A DNA stretch of 63,492 nucleotides, filler included, from Octopus bimaculoides (Eukaryota): the NCBI RefSeq assembly GCF_001194135.2. It is 9 parts of 9 records of this genome, joined end to end, with 100 filler letters (N's around TTAATTAATTAA, not from the genome) between each part and the next. Parts side by side here need not be neighbours in the genome. Positions count along the whole stretch, not along the records: positions 31,084 to 47,871 come from NC_068982.1; positions 47,972 to 50,917 come from NC_069000.1; positions 51,018 to 58,023 come from NC_068987.1; 6 more parts are not named here. One strand, 5' to 3'. A program made the position numbers and the translations under genes. Every line of letters starts with the position of its first letter. The stretch's first letter is position 1. This document shows, piece after piece, positions 37,245 through 51,772 of the stretch. A model generated the notes under the pieces. It had not been told where the DNA came from and ran no database searches. It saw nothing but the letters and a program-made list of their open reading frames with translations.

Positions 37245-37795
37245 ATTGAGTGAGAGAGCAGTGCATGCCATCAAAGTGACACTGGGGTGAAATACACGAA
37301 GCCCAGTATACCCATCATGACCACCCGTCTGATAAGCGTACACCAGCCACATGCATCACAACCAAATGTGCGCGACATGGTGATCTCATATCAAGATAAA
37401 CAGCGCATGACCTTGCAGGTGGGGCCCCAGTTAGAATTTTCTTCGAGTCGAGTAGCCCATACCGCTCAAAAAGTCCTTGAATAAGGATCATTTAAGGATG
37501 TTGAACGAAACGTCTTTGTTTCCAGAGGTGTTCAAACCCCACCCAAAATTCCTCTCAACACATGGCTATGATGCTCCCTCACTACTTCTGCTCGTGATCA
37601 GAGATGCACATATCGTCAGCCACTAAGAGACATGCTCAACTGGTTAAGGTCAAACAACTGACAGACAAATCTGTCGTCTTGAGCAGAATATTTTGCTGTA
37701 GCCCATTTTTTATACCAAAACAAAACAGTGTACATGATAACACTTCCAATCAGTTAAGATCAGAATCCATGATAGCCAGTGCCTAGTATTGCATC
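37245..37795 (-). mobile_element. Family-E retroposon with an (AAT)n tail
   Basis: Reverse complement ends CACTGCTCTCTCACTC(AAT)n; internal part repeated at 62738-62965. Confidence 0.7.
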
Positions 37796-37800
37796 TGGGC

Positions 37801-37876
<76 letters not shown>

Positions 37877-37959
37877 ATTCAATGAAGAGATTGCTAAAAA
37901 TGTTTTGCTTTATTCTAAGCATCATAATTCCTATCAAAAACACCATAATTATCAGTTTC

Positions 37960-38545
37960 ATCATCGTCATCATCAACATCATCAACACCATCAGCATTAA
38001 TAATAGCCGCGCCACAGAATCATAATCATCATCATCATCATCATCATCTTCATCACCGTGACCACCATCCTACTCCTCATCATTATCATCATCACCATTA
38101 CCATCACCACTATCACCGCGGCCACTACCATTGCCTTATAATCACTTCTATTCTTACCACTACCATCACCACCATCATCATCATCATTATCATCATCATC
38201 ATCATCACCGTCATCATCATTATCATCATCATCATCATCATCATTGTCACCATCATTATCATCATCATCATCGTTATCGTCATTTTCATCGTCAGCTCCT
38301 TCATCAGTAACCTCATCGTCATCATCGTGACCCCCACCACCACCACCACCACCACCACCACCACTTCCATAATTATGATCCTCGTTACCACCAGCTTCAT
38401 CATTATCACCATCATCATTAATATAATCATTATCATCATTCATCCACACCACCATCACCACCACCACCACCACCACTACCACCACAACCACCACCACAAC
38501 CACCACCATCACCACCACCATCATCATCACCATCATCATTATTTG
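37960..38545. repeat. Compound (CAT)n/(CAC)n trinucleotide tract
   Basis: Direct reading; similar tracts at 33490-33730 and 49640-49893. Confidence 0.9.
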
Positions 38546-38886
38546 TAGGTAAATTAGTTTCTAATCCCGGCTATATAGAACATTATCGATTGACGACAAT
38601 ATCCATGAACTGTTCCAAATGTCCCAGTTAACCATTCCATTTTTCAGACAACTTATCTATAGACAGAATCTCATACGAAAAAAAAAAAAAAAAAAAAAAA
38701 GAATTTGGAAGGAAGTCTGTTGAATGATCTGATTCAAATCATGCCAGGGCCAGTTAAACCTTTCATCATTCTGGGGCTCTTTTTCATGTTATTTAGTCCC
38801 GGTTAGCTCTGCTCCAATGAAGGAACACAGAAAGAAACAAGCAGAGAAAAAAAGAATGTGTAGTGGCGAGCGATCTATCATGGCGA

Positions 38887-38949
<63 letters not shown>

Positions 38950-38964
38950 AATAATATTTGAGTA

Positions 38965-39125
38965 TATGCATATATGTGTACATGTATGTACATACCTTCA
39001 TCTATATGTACACATAGATACATATCTGGGTACATGACGTTGCAAAAAAACATGGACAAAATGATAAACAAGGTACAAAAAACACGCAGGCCACATAGAG
39101 AACATATCCTTCATCAGCTGCCACC
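38965..39125 (+). repeat. Interspersed repeat family H (inverse copy at 43603-43715)
   Basis: GGGTACATGACGTTGCAAAAAAACATGGACAAAATGATAAAC versus its reverse complement near 43605-43660. Confidence 0.6.
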
Positions 39126-39899
39126 ATTAAAACACTGGCGTTTGTGCTGAAAATACCTATTCTAATCAATTTTATACCAACCGTTTTTGATAATTATACC
39201 TGCTAACCGACCTGCAGCAAATGAAAAGTCTGGGACACAATTTTGATAACACTAACCATTTGCTAACAATATTCGTGCTCACACACGTCGTTCCCAATGC
39301 GCATGTGCGTGTGTGTGTGTGTGTACGAATGTATATTGTGTGTGTGGTCCTACATACGTCTTTGTGATGCGTAGGTATGTAAACACTGACTTGCAAACAC
39401 CTTCAGTTTGCATTCATACCCGTTTTTAATTAACTTCTCGTGAATATTGTCCACGGAAAACCCACACCATCGCTGTTATCACCTCTGTGTGTCGTTCCTT
39501 AATGCGTGTTTGATACGTTCGATTGTTATTATATTTATATATCTGTTTTATTAAACGATGATCTGCCGTGTTCTCAGTCGACTAGAATAATAGGTGGTGC
39601 GGTGGGTGAACGAATATCGGATTATAATGAAAATCTGAGTAGAGTATTTCGAGGGAAGGACAAATCAAATTGAACTGATGAGAAAATTCTTTGTGTTCGT
39701 ACACTTTTGTTGTTGTCTTTCTTGCTGTTGTTGGTGATGTTTTTGTTGGTGTTGTTGTAGAGACACATGTCATGTCTGAGAGTCAATCTATGGAATGCAG
39801 ATATTTAGTTGAACGATACACAGAATTAATATAACAGATATACACCATGATGTCAACTGACTGGACAGTAAATGACCCAACCTCTCATCCCCCTCTCTC

Positions 39900-40012
<113 letters not shown>

Positions 40013-40024
40013 GTATGTATATAT

Positions 40025-40430
40025 ATAGGCGCTGGCATAGCTGTGTGGTAAGAAGCTTGCTTCCCAACTACATGGTCCCAGGTCTAGTCCCACTGCATGA
40101 CACCTTGGGCAGGTGTCTTCTTCTATACCCTCGGGCCGACCCAAGCCTTGTGAGTGGGAAATTGATGGACAGAAACTGAAAGAAGCCCGTCGTATACATG
40201 AATGTATATATCTACGTGTGTGTGTTTCTTTGTGTGACTGTGTCCCCTCAGCATGGCTTGAGAACCGGTGCTGGTGTGTTTACGTCCCCGTAACTTAGTA
40301 GTTCGGCAAAGAAACCAATAGAATAAGTACCAGGCTTATAAAAAAAGATAAGTACTGAGGTCGATACATTCAACTAAAAATTCTTCAAGGCGGTGCCCCG
40401 GCATGGCCGCAGCCAAATGACTGAGAAAAG
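40025..40430 (+). mobile_element. Full-length family-A SINE
   Basis: Head, AAGAAGCCCGTCG linker with microsatellite, and tail. Confidence 0.85.
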
Positions 40431-40574
40431 ATTATATATACATATAAATGAATATATATATANNNNNNNNNNNNNNNNNNNNNNNNNATATATATATATA
40501 TATATACAGAGAGAGTAGTTTGTAAATTCATATGTATACACATATACACACACAGATGGATATGTACGTGCGTA

Positions 40575-41610
40575 ATCGTGTGTGTGTATAGATATACATT
40601 AGTCCGAGGAGCTAACCAAGAGAAACTACTACTTGCCACGTTTGATATAAAGTATTTTTTCTTGTCTGCGTTTTGTATTAAGCTCTGCTTTATCCAAAAT
40701 ATGATTTATCACTATATAACACGAACCCATTTACATAAAACAGTGCAGCACAATCTGTTTCATATATTTGTCTAAAGGAGTCAATTGTTCTTAGAGCTTT
40801 TAAAGAGTTTTGGATAGATTTTAAAAGTCTCTTAGAGAATATTAAAGCACCTTTTATAACTTATTTTTATTTTTTCATCATGTTGAACTGTTCCGTTTCA
40901 AAATGTCCCGGTGAAATGTTGACAAGAAGTCGTTTATATAATTTCAAGAGTATATATTTGGCCATGTTTTGGGTGATGTCGTTTTTTTTTTTTTTAATCT
41001 AAGAATTAGGTCTTCCATTGTATTTTCTTGATAAAATCTTCTGCCTGGAGGATGAGGTATTTCTGAAAATATACTTTGCAGGGAATGGAGCTGCTTTTGC
41101 TAGAATCATCGAAATTGCATGAAGTGCTCGACATTGACAAATAAAAATACGAACGATGATTGTGTACGCAGTTGAAAAAAAATAATAATAAAGAACTCAA
41201 TACATAGTTTTAGGAAATGAACTACCAACAATTAATCACAGCGTTTACTTCAATTTACTTCAATCAGATTGTCCCCCAATGTACTTACCAACAAAATACA
41301 AGCTCTAGAACTCAGTGTAAATGCACATACATGGGTGTGTGCATCGACAGTTCAAGCAACATACGAACTGAACCACATATTTAGAAGCGTCCAGAACTCT
41401 CTTCACTCAAAAAGTCTTGCTGCTCTGTTAGCGACCGGATTGAATTCCTTTAAGAAATTAAATAAAAAGTACATATATACATACACGCATACATGCATAC
41501 ATGAATACATAAAACATACATGCGTACGTACATATTACATACATAAACACACAAATATACATACGTACGCACCGACAGACATGAATACATATATACATAC
41601 ATACATACAT

Positions 41611-41645
<35 letters not shown>

Positions 41646-42090
41646 GGCATGCACTCATTCATACACATTAACGCATATGCCTTTCCGGTTTCTTACTATT
41701 CTATCTGTCTGCCATTGCCTGCCGGTCTCCCATAGTCAGTACTGTTTACCCTCTTTTTCTCAATCTCAACTGAAAATTTCTTAGAGTGGAAACCGGTAGG
41801 AATGTAGGGTAAAAAGATTTATTGTACCTAAAATGAATTGTCCTTTAGTCTATCTAAAAGGATTACAGATTACGACAGTTTGTACATTTTCATCCAGGCA
41901 TGTATGTATGTGTGTGTGTGTGTGTATTGCGTGCAGATATACCCTTAGTCCGAGGAGCTAACTAAGAGAACCATGTATTTGTCACGTTTGATATAGAATA
42001 TTTTTTTCTTGACTGTGTTTTGTATTCAGCTCTGCTTCATCCAAAGTATGTTTTATCACTATATAACACGGAACCCATGTATAGAAAACA
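40575..42090 (+). repeat. About 160-bp dispersed direct repeat (40575-40740 and 41933-42090)
   Basis: TTAGTCCGAGGAGCTAAC..CACGTTTGATATA..AGCTCTGCTT.ATCCAAA..TATCACTATATAACACG occurs twice. Confidence 0.75.
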
Positions 42091-42352
42091 TCCACACATT
42101 ATCAGAGATTTCCTCTAGTATCCGAAGAAGAACTGTTTCCGAACCTAACTCTTTCCATTCTCCCTTCAACATCAACCTGATAATATTAACCGTGAACACC
42201 TTTGTACTTTTGCTGTTTCTTTTTGTCTTGTTTGTATTTGCTTTATGCATATGTGTTCGCGCACGCGCGTGTCTATGTTTTTGTTTTATATGCATGCGCA
42301 TACACAACACATACGCGTGTGTGTGTATATAGATACCTGAATGTGCCAGTGT

Positions 42353-42404
<52 letters not shown>

Positions 42405-42463
42405 AGCTTTTATTTAATGTGTACATGTATATGTGCCGAGGTGTAAGTACGTGTACATGTAGT

Positions 42464-42535
<72 letters not shown>

Positions 42536-45417
42536 ATGTGTGTGTGCGCGTGCCTATATACGTGTACATATGTTTACGCTAGTGTCAGAGACTCTCTCAG
42601 GCAGGAATCATGATCTGCTGAGTTTCTTGCAGATTTGTTCCTCTGGTGTTTAAATAAAATTACTGGGATGATGGAAAGAGATGGAGAGAGAGAGAGGGGG
42701 GGAGAGAATGAGAGAGAGAGAGAGAGAGGGGGGAGTCAGACAGACAGACAGATAGACAAAGAAACACAGACTGACGGACAGATACAGAGAGTGACAGACA
42801 GGAAGATTCAGAGAGAGAGACAGACAGTTACAAAGAGAGAGACACAGACAAACAGATAAACAGAGGTTAATAGACACAGACAGACAGACAGACGGACAGA
42901 ATCAGAAAAAGACAGACAGAAAAATTCAGAGGCAGACAGTTACAAAGATAGAGAAGGAGAGAGAGAGAGAGAGACAGAGAGACAAAGACAACGAGACAAA
43001 GACAGACAGACGGACGGACAGATACAGTGAGAAAGAGACAGACAGAAAGATACAGACAGACAGTTACAAAGAGAGAGAAAGAGAATGTGAGAGAGATTGA
43101 AAGAGAATTGATAGAGGGAGATAGACAAAAGGAAAGGGAAGAACCGGATGTGTATGTGTGTGTGTGTGTGTGTGTGTATTGTGTGTACCTTGGGATAGAG
43201 AGACAGTGAGACAAAGTGAGAGAATATGTGTATGTGCCTGAGATTGTGTGTGTATGTGTGTGTATATATGCATATGTGTATGTGTATGTATGTATATGTA
43301 TTATATACGTATAAATGTATGTGTATGTATATATATGTATATGTGTATGTGTATGTATGTATATGTATTATATGCGTATGAATGTATGTATATATGTATA
43401 TATATATATGTATATATATATGTATATGTATATGTATATGTGTATGTATATATGTATTATNNNNNNNNNNNNNNNNNNNNNNNNNNNNNNNNNNNNNNNN
43501 NNNNNNNNNNNNNNNNNNNNNNNNNNNNNNNNNNNNNNNNNNNNNNNNNNNNNNNNNNNNNNNNNNNNNNNNNNNNNNNNNNNNNNNNNNNNNNNNNNNN
43601 NNTTGTTTACCATTTTGTCCTTGTTCTTTTGCCACGTCATGTACCCAGTTATGTATCTATATGTACATGTGGATGAACGTATATACATACATGTACATAT
43701 ATATGCATATACTCATATATTGTTTGTATGTTTCTGTATGTATATGTGTATGTATGCATCTATGTGTTATGTGTATGTATGTATGTATGTATGTGTGTTT
43801 GTTTAAGAATGTAATGCAATAGTAGAAGAAAGAGGGAGAGAAGGAGACACAGGGGAAAGGAGACAGAGGGAGAGAAAAGGGACGTGTAAACAAAGAGTAA
43901 AGTGGAGAATGTGCCACAGAGTGTGTGTATGTGTGTGTGTGAGAGAGAGAGACAGAGAGAGTCTGTGTGTGTATGTGTGTGCAACTGCGTGTGCCTGTAG
44001 AAAAAAGAGTTTTTGTGTTTGTGGGAGCAAGCCGTGAGTACGTGCAATGATATGCATGTATGCGTATGAATATGTATGAGAGACAGAGATAGAAAGAGAA
44101 TGGGGGGGGAAAGAGAGGGATGGAAAGGAAGCGGGGAGAGGGAGGGAGAAAGAGCCAGAGAATGTGTGTGTGAGAGAGAGAGAGATAGGGAAGGAGGGGG
44201 AGGAAAAGAGATAAGCTCAGAGATGAGTATGAGCCTATAGTGACATCGTGTCTTAGTCTTTGATCTTGTGTCGTGTTGACACGGAGATGTGTGAAGGTAT
44301 GTATATTCCGAGTTGGTAGACATCTCTGTGTTATTGTTCATAGCGTTAACGGTAATGGTGGCGCTGGTGTTTGATGGTTGGTGGTTGGTGGTGGTGGTTG
44401 GTGGTGATTGGTGGTGGTCTCTATTGGTCGTGGAGGTAGGGGCTGGAAGCACTGCTCTGTGTGTATTGGTGGTGGAATCGCTGGCAGTGAAGGCGCAGAT
44501 GCCTGATGGTGGATTTTAGTGGTGATAACTATAAAGGGACAAGTGTGGAGGCTTAAGAAAAAGTTGACGGTCAAGATTGGTGGTGGTAATGATGGCGGCG
44601 GCGGCGGTAGTGGTGTTGGTGGTAATGATGGCGGCGGCGGCGGCGGTGGTGGCNNNNNNNNNNNNNNNNNNNNNNNNNNNNNNNNNNNNNNNNNNNNNNN
44701 NNNNNNNNNNNNNNNNNNNNNNNNNNNNNNNNNNNNNNNNNNNNNNNNNNNNNNNNNNNNNNNNNNNNNNNNNNNNNNNNNNNNNNNNNNNNNNNNNNNN
44801 NNNNNNNNNNNNNNNNNNNNNNNNNNNNNNNNNNNNNNNNNNNNNNNNNNNNNNNNNNNNNNNNNNNNNNNNNNNNNNNNNNNNNNNNNNNNNNNNNNNN
44901 NNNNNNNNNNNNNNNNNNNNNNNNNNNNNNNNNNNNNNNNNNNNNNNNNNNNNNNNNNNNNNNNNNNNNNNNNNNNNNNNNNNNNNNNNNNNNNNNNNNN
45001 NNNNNNNNNNNNNNNNNNNNNNNNNNNNNNNNNNNNNNNNNNNNNNNNNNNNNNNNNNNNNNNNNNNNNNNNNNNNNNNNNNNNNNNNNNNNNNNNNNNN
45101 NNNNNNNNNNNNNNNNNNNNNNNNNNNNNNNNNNNNNNNNNNNNNNNNNNNNNNNNNNNNNNNNNNNNNNNNNNNNNNNNNNNNNNNNNNNNNNNNNNNN
45201 NNNNNNNNNNNNNNNNNNNNNNNNNNNNNNNNNNNNNNNNNNNNNNNNNNNNNNNNNNNNNNNNNNNNNNNNNNNNNNNNNNNNNNNNNNNNNNNNNNNN
45301 NNNNNNNNNNNNNNNNNNNNNNNNNNNNNNNNNNNNNNNNNNNNNNNNNNNNNNNNNNNNNNNNNNNNNNNNNNNNNNNNNNNNNNNNNNNNNNNNNNNN
45401 NNNNNNNNNNNNNNNNN

Positions 45418-45454
<37 letters not shown>

Positions 45455-45827
45455 CAAGGATGTCGAATAAAATTAGATAGGAGGCATATATGAACATGAC
45501 TTGAAAGTATCTGCCAAAAATATAAATATGAAGAAGACGATTCCTGACATGATTCGACCTCTTCGACGGATATAAAAATGGTGTTCGACCAAGATAAATG
45601 TTCCTACATGATTGTAAATCGAGAAAAGGAAAGAAGAGAAAGAAAAAAAAAAACTACTAGGCAGTCTAGTAACATTTCTTTCTATGAATGATGGCAATGC
45701 TTCCATTATTTAACTAACATGTTCAGGTACCTAGAAATGGGATGACAAGCTATCCTGCGATGGCTTGGCTTAGGAACGAAGTAATCAGAGATTAACACTT
45801 GAGTAAAAGAGAAAAAAAAGAGTTTGT

Positions 45828-45985
45828 CTGTGGTAAAAAGCTTGCTTCCAAACCACATGGCTTTGAGTTCAGTCCTACTGTGTGGCACCTTGAGCAAGTG
45901 TCGTCATCTGCTATAGCCTCGGGCCGACCGAAGCCTCGTGAATTGATTTGGTAGACGGAAACTGAAAGAGGCCCGTCGTATATGC
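45828..45985 (+). mobile_element. Family-A SINE head
   Basis: TGTGGTAAAAAGCTTGCTTCC..GTGGCACCTTGAGCAAGTGTC..GGTAGACGGAAACTGAAAG. Confidence 0.8.
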
Positions 45986-46345
45986 ATATAAATGTGTATG
46001 GGATCTTTGTGATTTGACGGGCAACACTTGTTTTCTTAACGAAACACTTTCAAACTTGGGACACTGGTAGAATGTGTCATACAAAACAACTTTTTCTCTT
46101 AGCCTTCTTAACAAAAAATTGTACATCGCAAGTTATTTCATGTTAAAGTTGTCGTATTTCTGTAATTTCAACAATCACTGACATCTATTCAGCTGAATAC
46201 AGTCAGTACTGGCCGGTCATAAAAATGTTATTCCCTGTGACATATTTCATCCGGTTTTAATCGTAATTTATACGCATATATTGTTTATATAATAAATTAC
46301 GCTGTGCGTATCTGTGTGTGTATATTTTTCCCATAACCTCACTCA

Positions 46346-46375
46346 TAACCCTAACCCTAACCCTAACCCTAACCC
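46346..46375 (-). repeat. Telomere-type (TTAGGG)n, five units, running into a gap
   Basis: TAACCC x5 immediately before the N-run. Confidence 0.85.
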
Positions 46376-46782
46376 NNNNNNNNNNNNNNNNNNNNNNNNN
46401 NNNNNNNNNNNNNNNNNNNNNNNNNNNNNNNNNNNNNNNNNNNNNNNNNNNNNNNNNNNNNNNNNNNNNNNNNNNNNNNNNNNNNNNNNNNNNNNNNNNN
46501 NNNNNNNNNNNNNNNNNNNNNNNNNNNNNNNNNNNNNNNNNNNNNNNNNNNNNNNNNNNNNNNNNNNNNNNNNNNNNNNNNNNNNNNNNNNNNNNNNNNN
46601 NNNNNNNNNNNNNNNNNNNNNNNNNNNNNNNNNNNNNNNNNNNNNNNNNNNNNNNNNNNNNNNNNNNNNNNNNNNNNNNNNNNNNNNNNNNNNNNNNNNN
46701 NNNNNNNNNNNNNNNNNNNNNNNNNNNNNNNNNNNNNNNNNNNNNNNNNNNNNNNNNNNNNNNNNNNNNNNNNNNNNNNNNN

Positions 46783-46824
<42 letters not shown>

Positions 46825-46844
46825 TGTGTGTGTGTCTGTGTTTG

Positions 46845-47030
46845 TCCCCCACCGCCACTTGACAATCACTGTTTGTGCGTTCATGTCCCCGTCTCTTAGC
46901 GGGGACATGAACATGGATTAAGTACCAGGTTTTAAGAAAATAAGTTCAGGATTTGATTTGTCTCACTAAAACCCTTCAAAGTGATGTTCCTGCATGGCCG
47001 CAGTCAAATGACTGAAATAAGTCAAAAATA
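46845..47030 (+). mobile_element. Family-A SINE tail (degenerate)
   Basis: CCACTTGACAATC..GCATGGCCGCAGTCAAATGACTGAAA. Confidence 0.7.
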
Positions 47031-47530
47031 ATAGATAAGGATGTTCAGATGTCTTACCATACAATGAGTACACCGAAGTGTGTATTGTTTTTTTTCTACC
47101 GCTAATCATACCAACGTTTGACCGATTTAGGTGTAATCTGGACCATTGATGTTAAAGCCTGAAAATTACTAACAAACACCACACATTTTCACATCATTGG
47201 TGATATGGACTACCTCAACTCAAAATGAAAACGGGAAGGCGGAATGTTAACATCGATTCTAACAGTCCTTGTTGTCTCCATTACCTCTTTGTAAGCTCTA
47301 CCAATCTTTAAAACGTTAAGTGTATCCACAGATTGATTAAATCATCATATGTGTGACATGAGAATTGAAAAGGCTCTTGGAAATGTTTAACTCTGATTAA
47401 TAACCACAGATAGACGTCTAGGGAAGGAGCACAGCTCTACTGCAACTATATAGTAAGTTAGTGAGGTATAGAGGATATTCTCATTCATAATATACTAGAA
47501 TGTTGGTGCAATGTCTGTTAAAATCAGTAA

Positions 47531-48256
47531 ATGTCGTTGTTGTTGGCACTCCGTCGCTTACGACGTCGAGGGTTCCAGTTGATCCGATCAACGGAACAGC
47601 CTACTCGTGAAATTAACGTGCAAGTGGGTGAGCACTCCACAGACACGTGTACCCTTAACGTAGTTCTCGGGGATATTCAGCATGACACACGGTGTGACAA
47701 GGTTGACCCTTTGAATTACAGGCACAACAGAAACAAGAAGTAAGAGAAAGTTGTGGTGGAAGAGTACAGCAGGGTTCGCCACTATCCCCTGCCGGAGCCT
47801 CGTGGAGCTTTAGGTGTTTTCGCTCAATAAACACTGACAACGCCAGGTCTGGGAATCGAAACCGCGATTCTNNNNNNNNNNNNNNNNNNNNNNNNNNNNN
47901 NNNNNNNNNNNNNNNTTAATTAATTAANNNNNNNNNNNNNNNNNNNNNNNNNNNNNNNNNNNNNNNNNNNNGTGGCTGAGCACTCCACAGACACGTGTAC
48001 CCTTAACGTAGTTCTCGGAGAGATTCAGCATGACACAGAGTGTAACAAGGCTGGCCCTTTGAAATACAGGTACAACAGAAACAGGAAGAAAGAGTGAGAG
48101 AAAGTTGTGGTGAAGGAGTACAGCAGGGTTCGCCCCTCCCCCTGCCTGACCCTCGTGGACCTTTAGGTAATATCACTCAATAAATTACTCACAACGCCCG
48201 GTCTAGAAATCGAAACCGTGCTCCTACGACCGCGAGCCTGCTGCCATAACCACTGG
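47531..48256 (-). mobile_element. Two tandem family-D tRNA-derived SINEs separated by a gap
   Basis: Reverse complements of 52421-52727; (CAA)n tail at 47535-47545; the copies differ at several sites. Confidence 0.85.
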
Positions 48257-48289
48257 GCTATTACACCTTCATATATACACACGCATATA

Positions 48290-48440
48290 CGACGGGCTTC
48301 TTTCAGTTTCCGTCTACCAAATTCATTCCCAAGGCTTTGGTCGACTCAAGGCGATAGTAGAAGACACTTGCCCAAGGTGCCACGCAGTGGGACTGAACCC
48401 GGAACCATGTGATTGGTAAGCAAACGTCTTATCACACAGC
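48290..48440 (-). mobile_element. Family-A SINE head
   Basis: GACACTTGCCCAAGGTGCCACGCAGTGGGACTGAACCCGG. Confidence 0.85.
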
Positions 48441-48555
48441 CATACATACATAAATACACACACACAAACACACACACACACACACATACATACACACGTA
48501 TATATATACACGTTTATATGTATATTTATATACATACAAACACATGCACATATAC

Positions 48556-48610
<55 letters not shown>

Positions 48611-50564
48611 GGGAGAGAAGAAGTAGAAAATGAACTCTAGTAAGGCAAGTGGATAGACAGCTACGGTGTTAAACAAATATATACATATATATACATATAT
48701 AAAAAAGAGATAAGCATGTTTGTAGATAGATAGTTTGATTTCTCTATCTGTCTGCCTGTCTGTCTGTGTGTCGTGGCCTTCCAATCAAACAACATCCGTT
48801 GACTTCAGTCCAACTTTGAACCTCCCCAAACAATCTCCTTCCACACTGCAAACTACAAATGTTATTCTTCTCTGAAAGGCAAATCTCTACCCTATTATCT
48901 CTAACCTATCTCTTATCGTCTAGAATAGACTCTGTGTTCTGATTGGTGTTGCCCTGTTTGTGTCTACCTTTGATCCTCATTCCTTACCACGTACCTTGAT
49001 ATCAGCAACAAAAAAAAACTTCCAGTTGCTTTAGTTCAAAGTTTATCTTCTCTCATTTCACAATGTCCACGGCGCTTTTTTTATGTGCTCGTTCTCCCTA
49101 GTTTTAAAACATGGTTTCACCTCTGATCACTTCCCTTTGAAATCACAATCCTTCCCCAGTGACTCAATAAAATAGGCATTTATATGATAGAAATATATAT
49201 GGAATTGGAATAAACATTATTTACCAACATAATATGGCTGTCCTGGTTTAGGACGAATATTGCTGTAATTTAGCCCCAGGAGACATCGTCTCCAGCTGGC
49301 TATACGACACGATCTGTGTCCTTATATTTTCGAGCAAACACATGCACATATATGAGAGGAATTTGAATTCTTAGAAACAACCAAGAATCAGAACAACAAT
49401 AAGAGTAACAGCTGTAACGTCAAAAACGAGGTAGGTTGTAGGTGGTGAATAGACGCGCTAGAAATAACAGCCAAATCTCCTTCGGATACACCCTGCAGTC
49501 TTGGAAAAGAACACGTTGTATAATTTCATACCAGGTTTTCTGATTATTGGGGGGAGGGAGAGGAGGAGGCAGGATGATCACAAAAAAACAACAAAAAGAC
49601 TGGAATCTTGTTGATTATATTTCTGATCGATAAGACCTAAACCATGCGTAAAACAGCACAAACAACAGCAGCAGCAACAGCAACAACTACAACAGCAACA
49701 GCAACACTACTGTCAATATTCACACATTATTATCACCACTACCACCGTCATCACCATACCACCGTCTCCACCCCACCCTCCACCATCTCCACCGCCATCA
49801 CCATCACCACCACCACCGCCACCACCACCAAGACTACCATTACCATCCCCTTCACTAACATTACCATCATCACTACGCTGCCATCACCACCGTNNNNNNN
49901 NNNNNNNNNNNNNNNNNNNNNNNNNNNNNNNNNNNNNNNNNNNNNNNNNNNNNNNNNNNNNNNNNNNNNNNNNNNNNNNNNNNNNNNNNNNNNNNNNNNN
50001 NNNNNNNNNNNNNNNNNNNNNNNNNNNNNNNNNNNNNNNNNNNNNNNNNNNNNNNNNNNNNNNNNNNNNNNNNNNNNNNNNNNNNNNNNNNNNNNNNNNN
50101 NNNNNNNNNNNNNNNNNNNNNNNNNNNNNNNNNNNNNNNNNNNNNNNNNNNNNNNNNNNNNNNNNNNNNNNNNNNNNNNNNNNNNNNNNNNNNNNNNNNN
50201 NNNNNNNNNNNNNNNNNNNNNNNNNNNNNNNNNNNNNNNNNNNNNNNNNNNNNNNNNNNNNNNNNNNNNNNNNNNNNNNNNNNNNNNNNNNNNNNNNNNN
50301 NNNNNNNNNNNNNNNNNNNNNNNNNNNNNNNNNNNNNNNNNNNNNNNNNNNNNNNNNNNNNNNNNNNNNNNNNNNNNNNNNNNNNNNNNNNNNNNNNNNN
50401 NNNNNNNNNNNNNNNNNNNNNNNNNNNNNNNNNNNNNNNNNNNNNNNNNNNNNNNNNNNNNNNNNNNNNTATGTATGTATGTATGTATGTATGTATGTAT
50501 GTATGTATGTATGTATGAATGCATGTGTATGTATTTATGTACGCGTGTGTGTGTGAGTATGTAC

Positions 50565-50616
<52 letters not shown>

Positions 50617-50859
50617 ATAAGTATGAATGTATGTATGTATGTATGTATGTATGAATGAATGTATGCATGTATGTATACAACTATGTGTGTGTATGTATGT
50701 ATGTATGTATGTATGTATGTATGTATTATGCATGCATACATGTATGCATGCATTCATGTATGTATATATATATGTGTATTTATGTATGTACGTATATATA
50801 TATGTATAATAATATAAATAATATATATATGCATATATACAAACATATATATACATACC

Positions 50860-50917
<58 letters not shown>

Positions 50918-51017
50918 NNNNNNNNNNNNNNNNNNNNNNNNNNNNNNNNNNNNNNNNNNNNTTAATTAATTAANNNNNNNNNNNNNNNNNNNNNNNNNNN
51001 NNNNNNNNNNNNNNNNN

Positions 51018-51064
<47 letters not shown>

Positions 51065-51514
51065 GTGCGTGGTGCGCGCGCGCATATACATATCAAGATT
51101 TGCATAATGCGGCAAATTGGCTGAGGCTTTAAGGAGACGGATAAATACCTGGCCATAATAGTTTCGCCCTTTTGCATTCTGAGTTCAAATCCCATCGAAG
51201 TCGCATTTTATCGTATAGTCAATAAAAAATTTGTACATCTCTAGTGGATGTAGTAGAGGGTTAGACAAGATGCAATACGGAATTTTTTTCCGACCTTTAG
51301 TGTTTTGACAGCAATACCGGCTGTGACACAACTGCTAAACCGTATTTATCTGTTCATTCTCTTGGGAAAATTATCGGACGCATGGAAACATGAACCCGGT
51401 ATGTGTGGGCAACTACTGGTCTTCCGCAATAAACCTTACACACTTTTTAGATATTTCCTAAATCGAAAGGAATATTTCCAGGAGTAACCTCATCGTTAAC
51501 ACCACCCGACTAAG

Positions 51515-51772
51515 CTATGGTTCTCAACCATTCTTCGCCTGTGGACCCTTTTGGTTCTCATCTTATTCAGATAGACCATCATTACCAGTCCATGTTTTAA
51601 AGAATTTCTGTTATATTTTTATAATCAAATATTATTACGAATTTTATTAAAAATATTAAAATATTTTGTGTATTGTAGAATTATAACCAATTTATTGCAA
51701 ATAAATTCTAACAGCAGAATAAATATTATTTGAAACCTTAAGGGCCACGTGGACCCCGGTTGAGAACCACTG
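51515..51772. mobile_element. hAT-type MITE
   Basis: TIRs CTATGGTTCTCAACC / GGTTGAGAACCACTG (CAGTGGTTCTCAAC-type); GACTA on both flanks may be a partial TSD. Confidence 0.7.

Noticed and set aside
39100-39125. CTGATGA on the minus strand, and similar heptamers near 2666, 4763, 4902, 39675 and 60227
   Set aside because: No stem II followed by GAAA and an NUH triplet.
47058-47158. Minus-strand AG...GTAAG bounded segment as an exon
   Set aside because: Stops in all frames, and such splice-like pairs are expected by chance in 63 kb.
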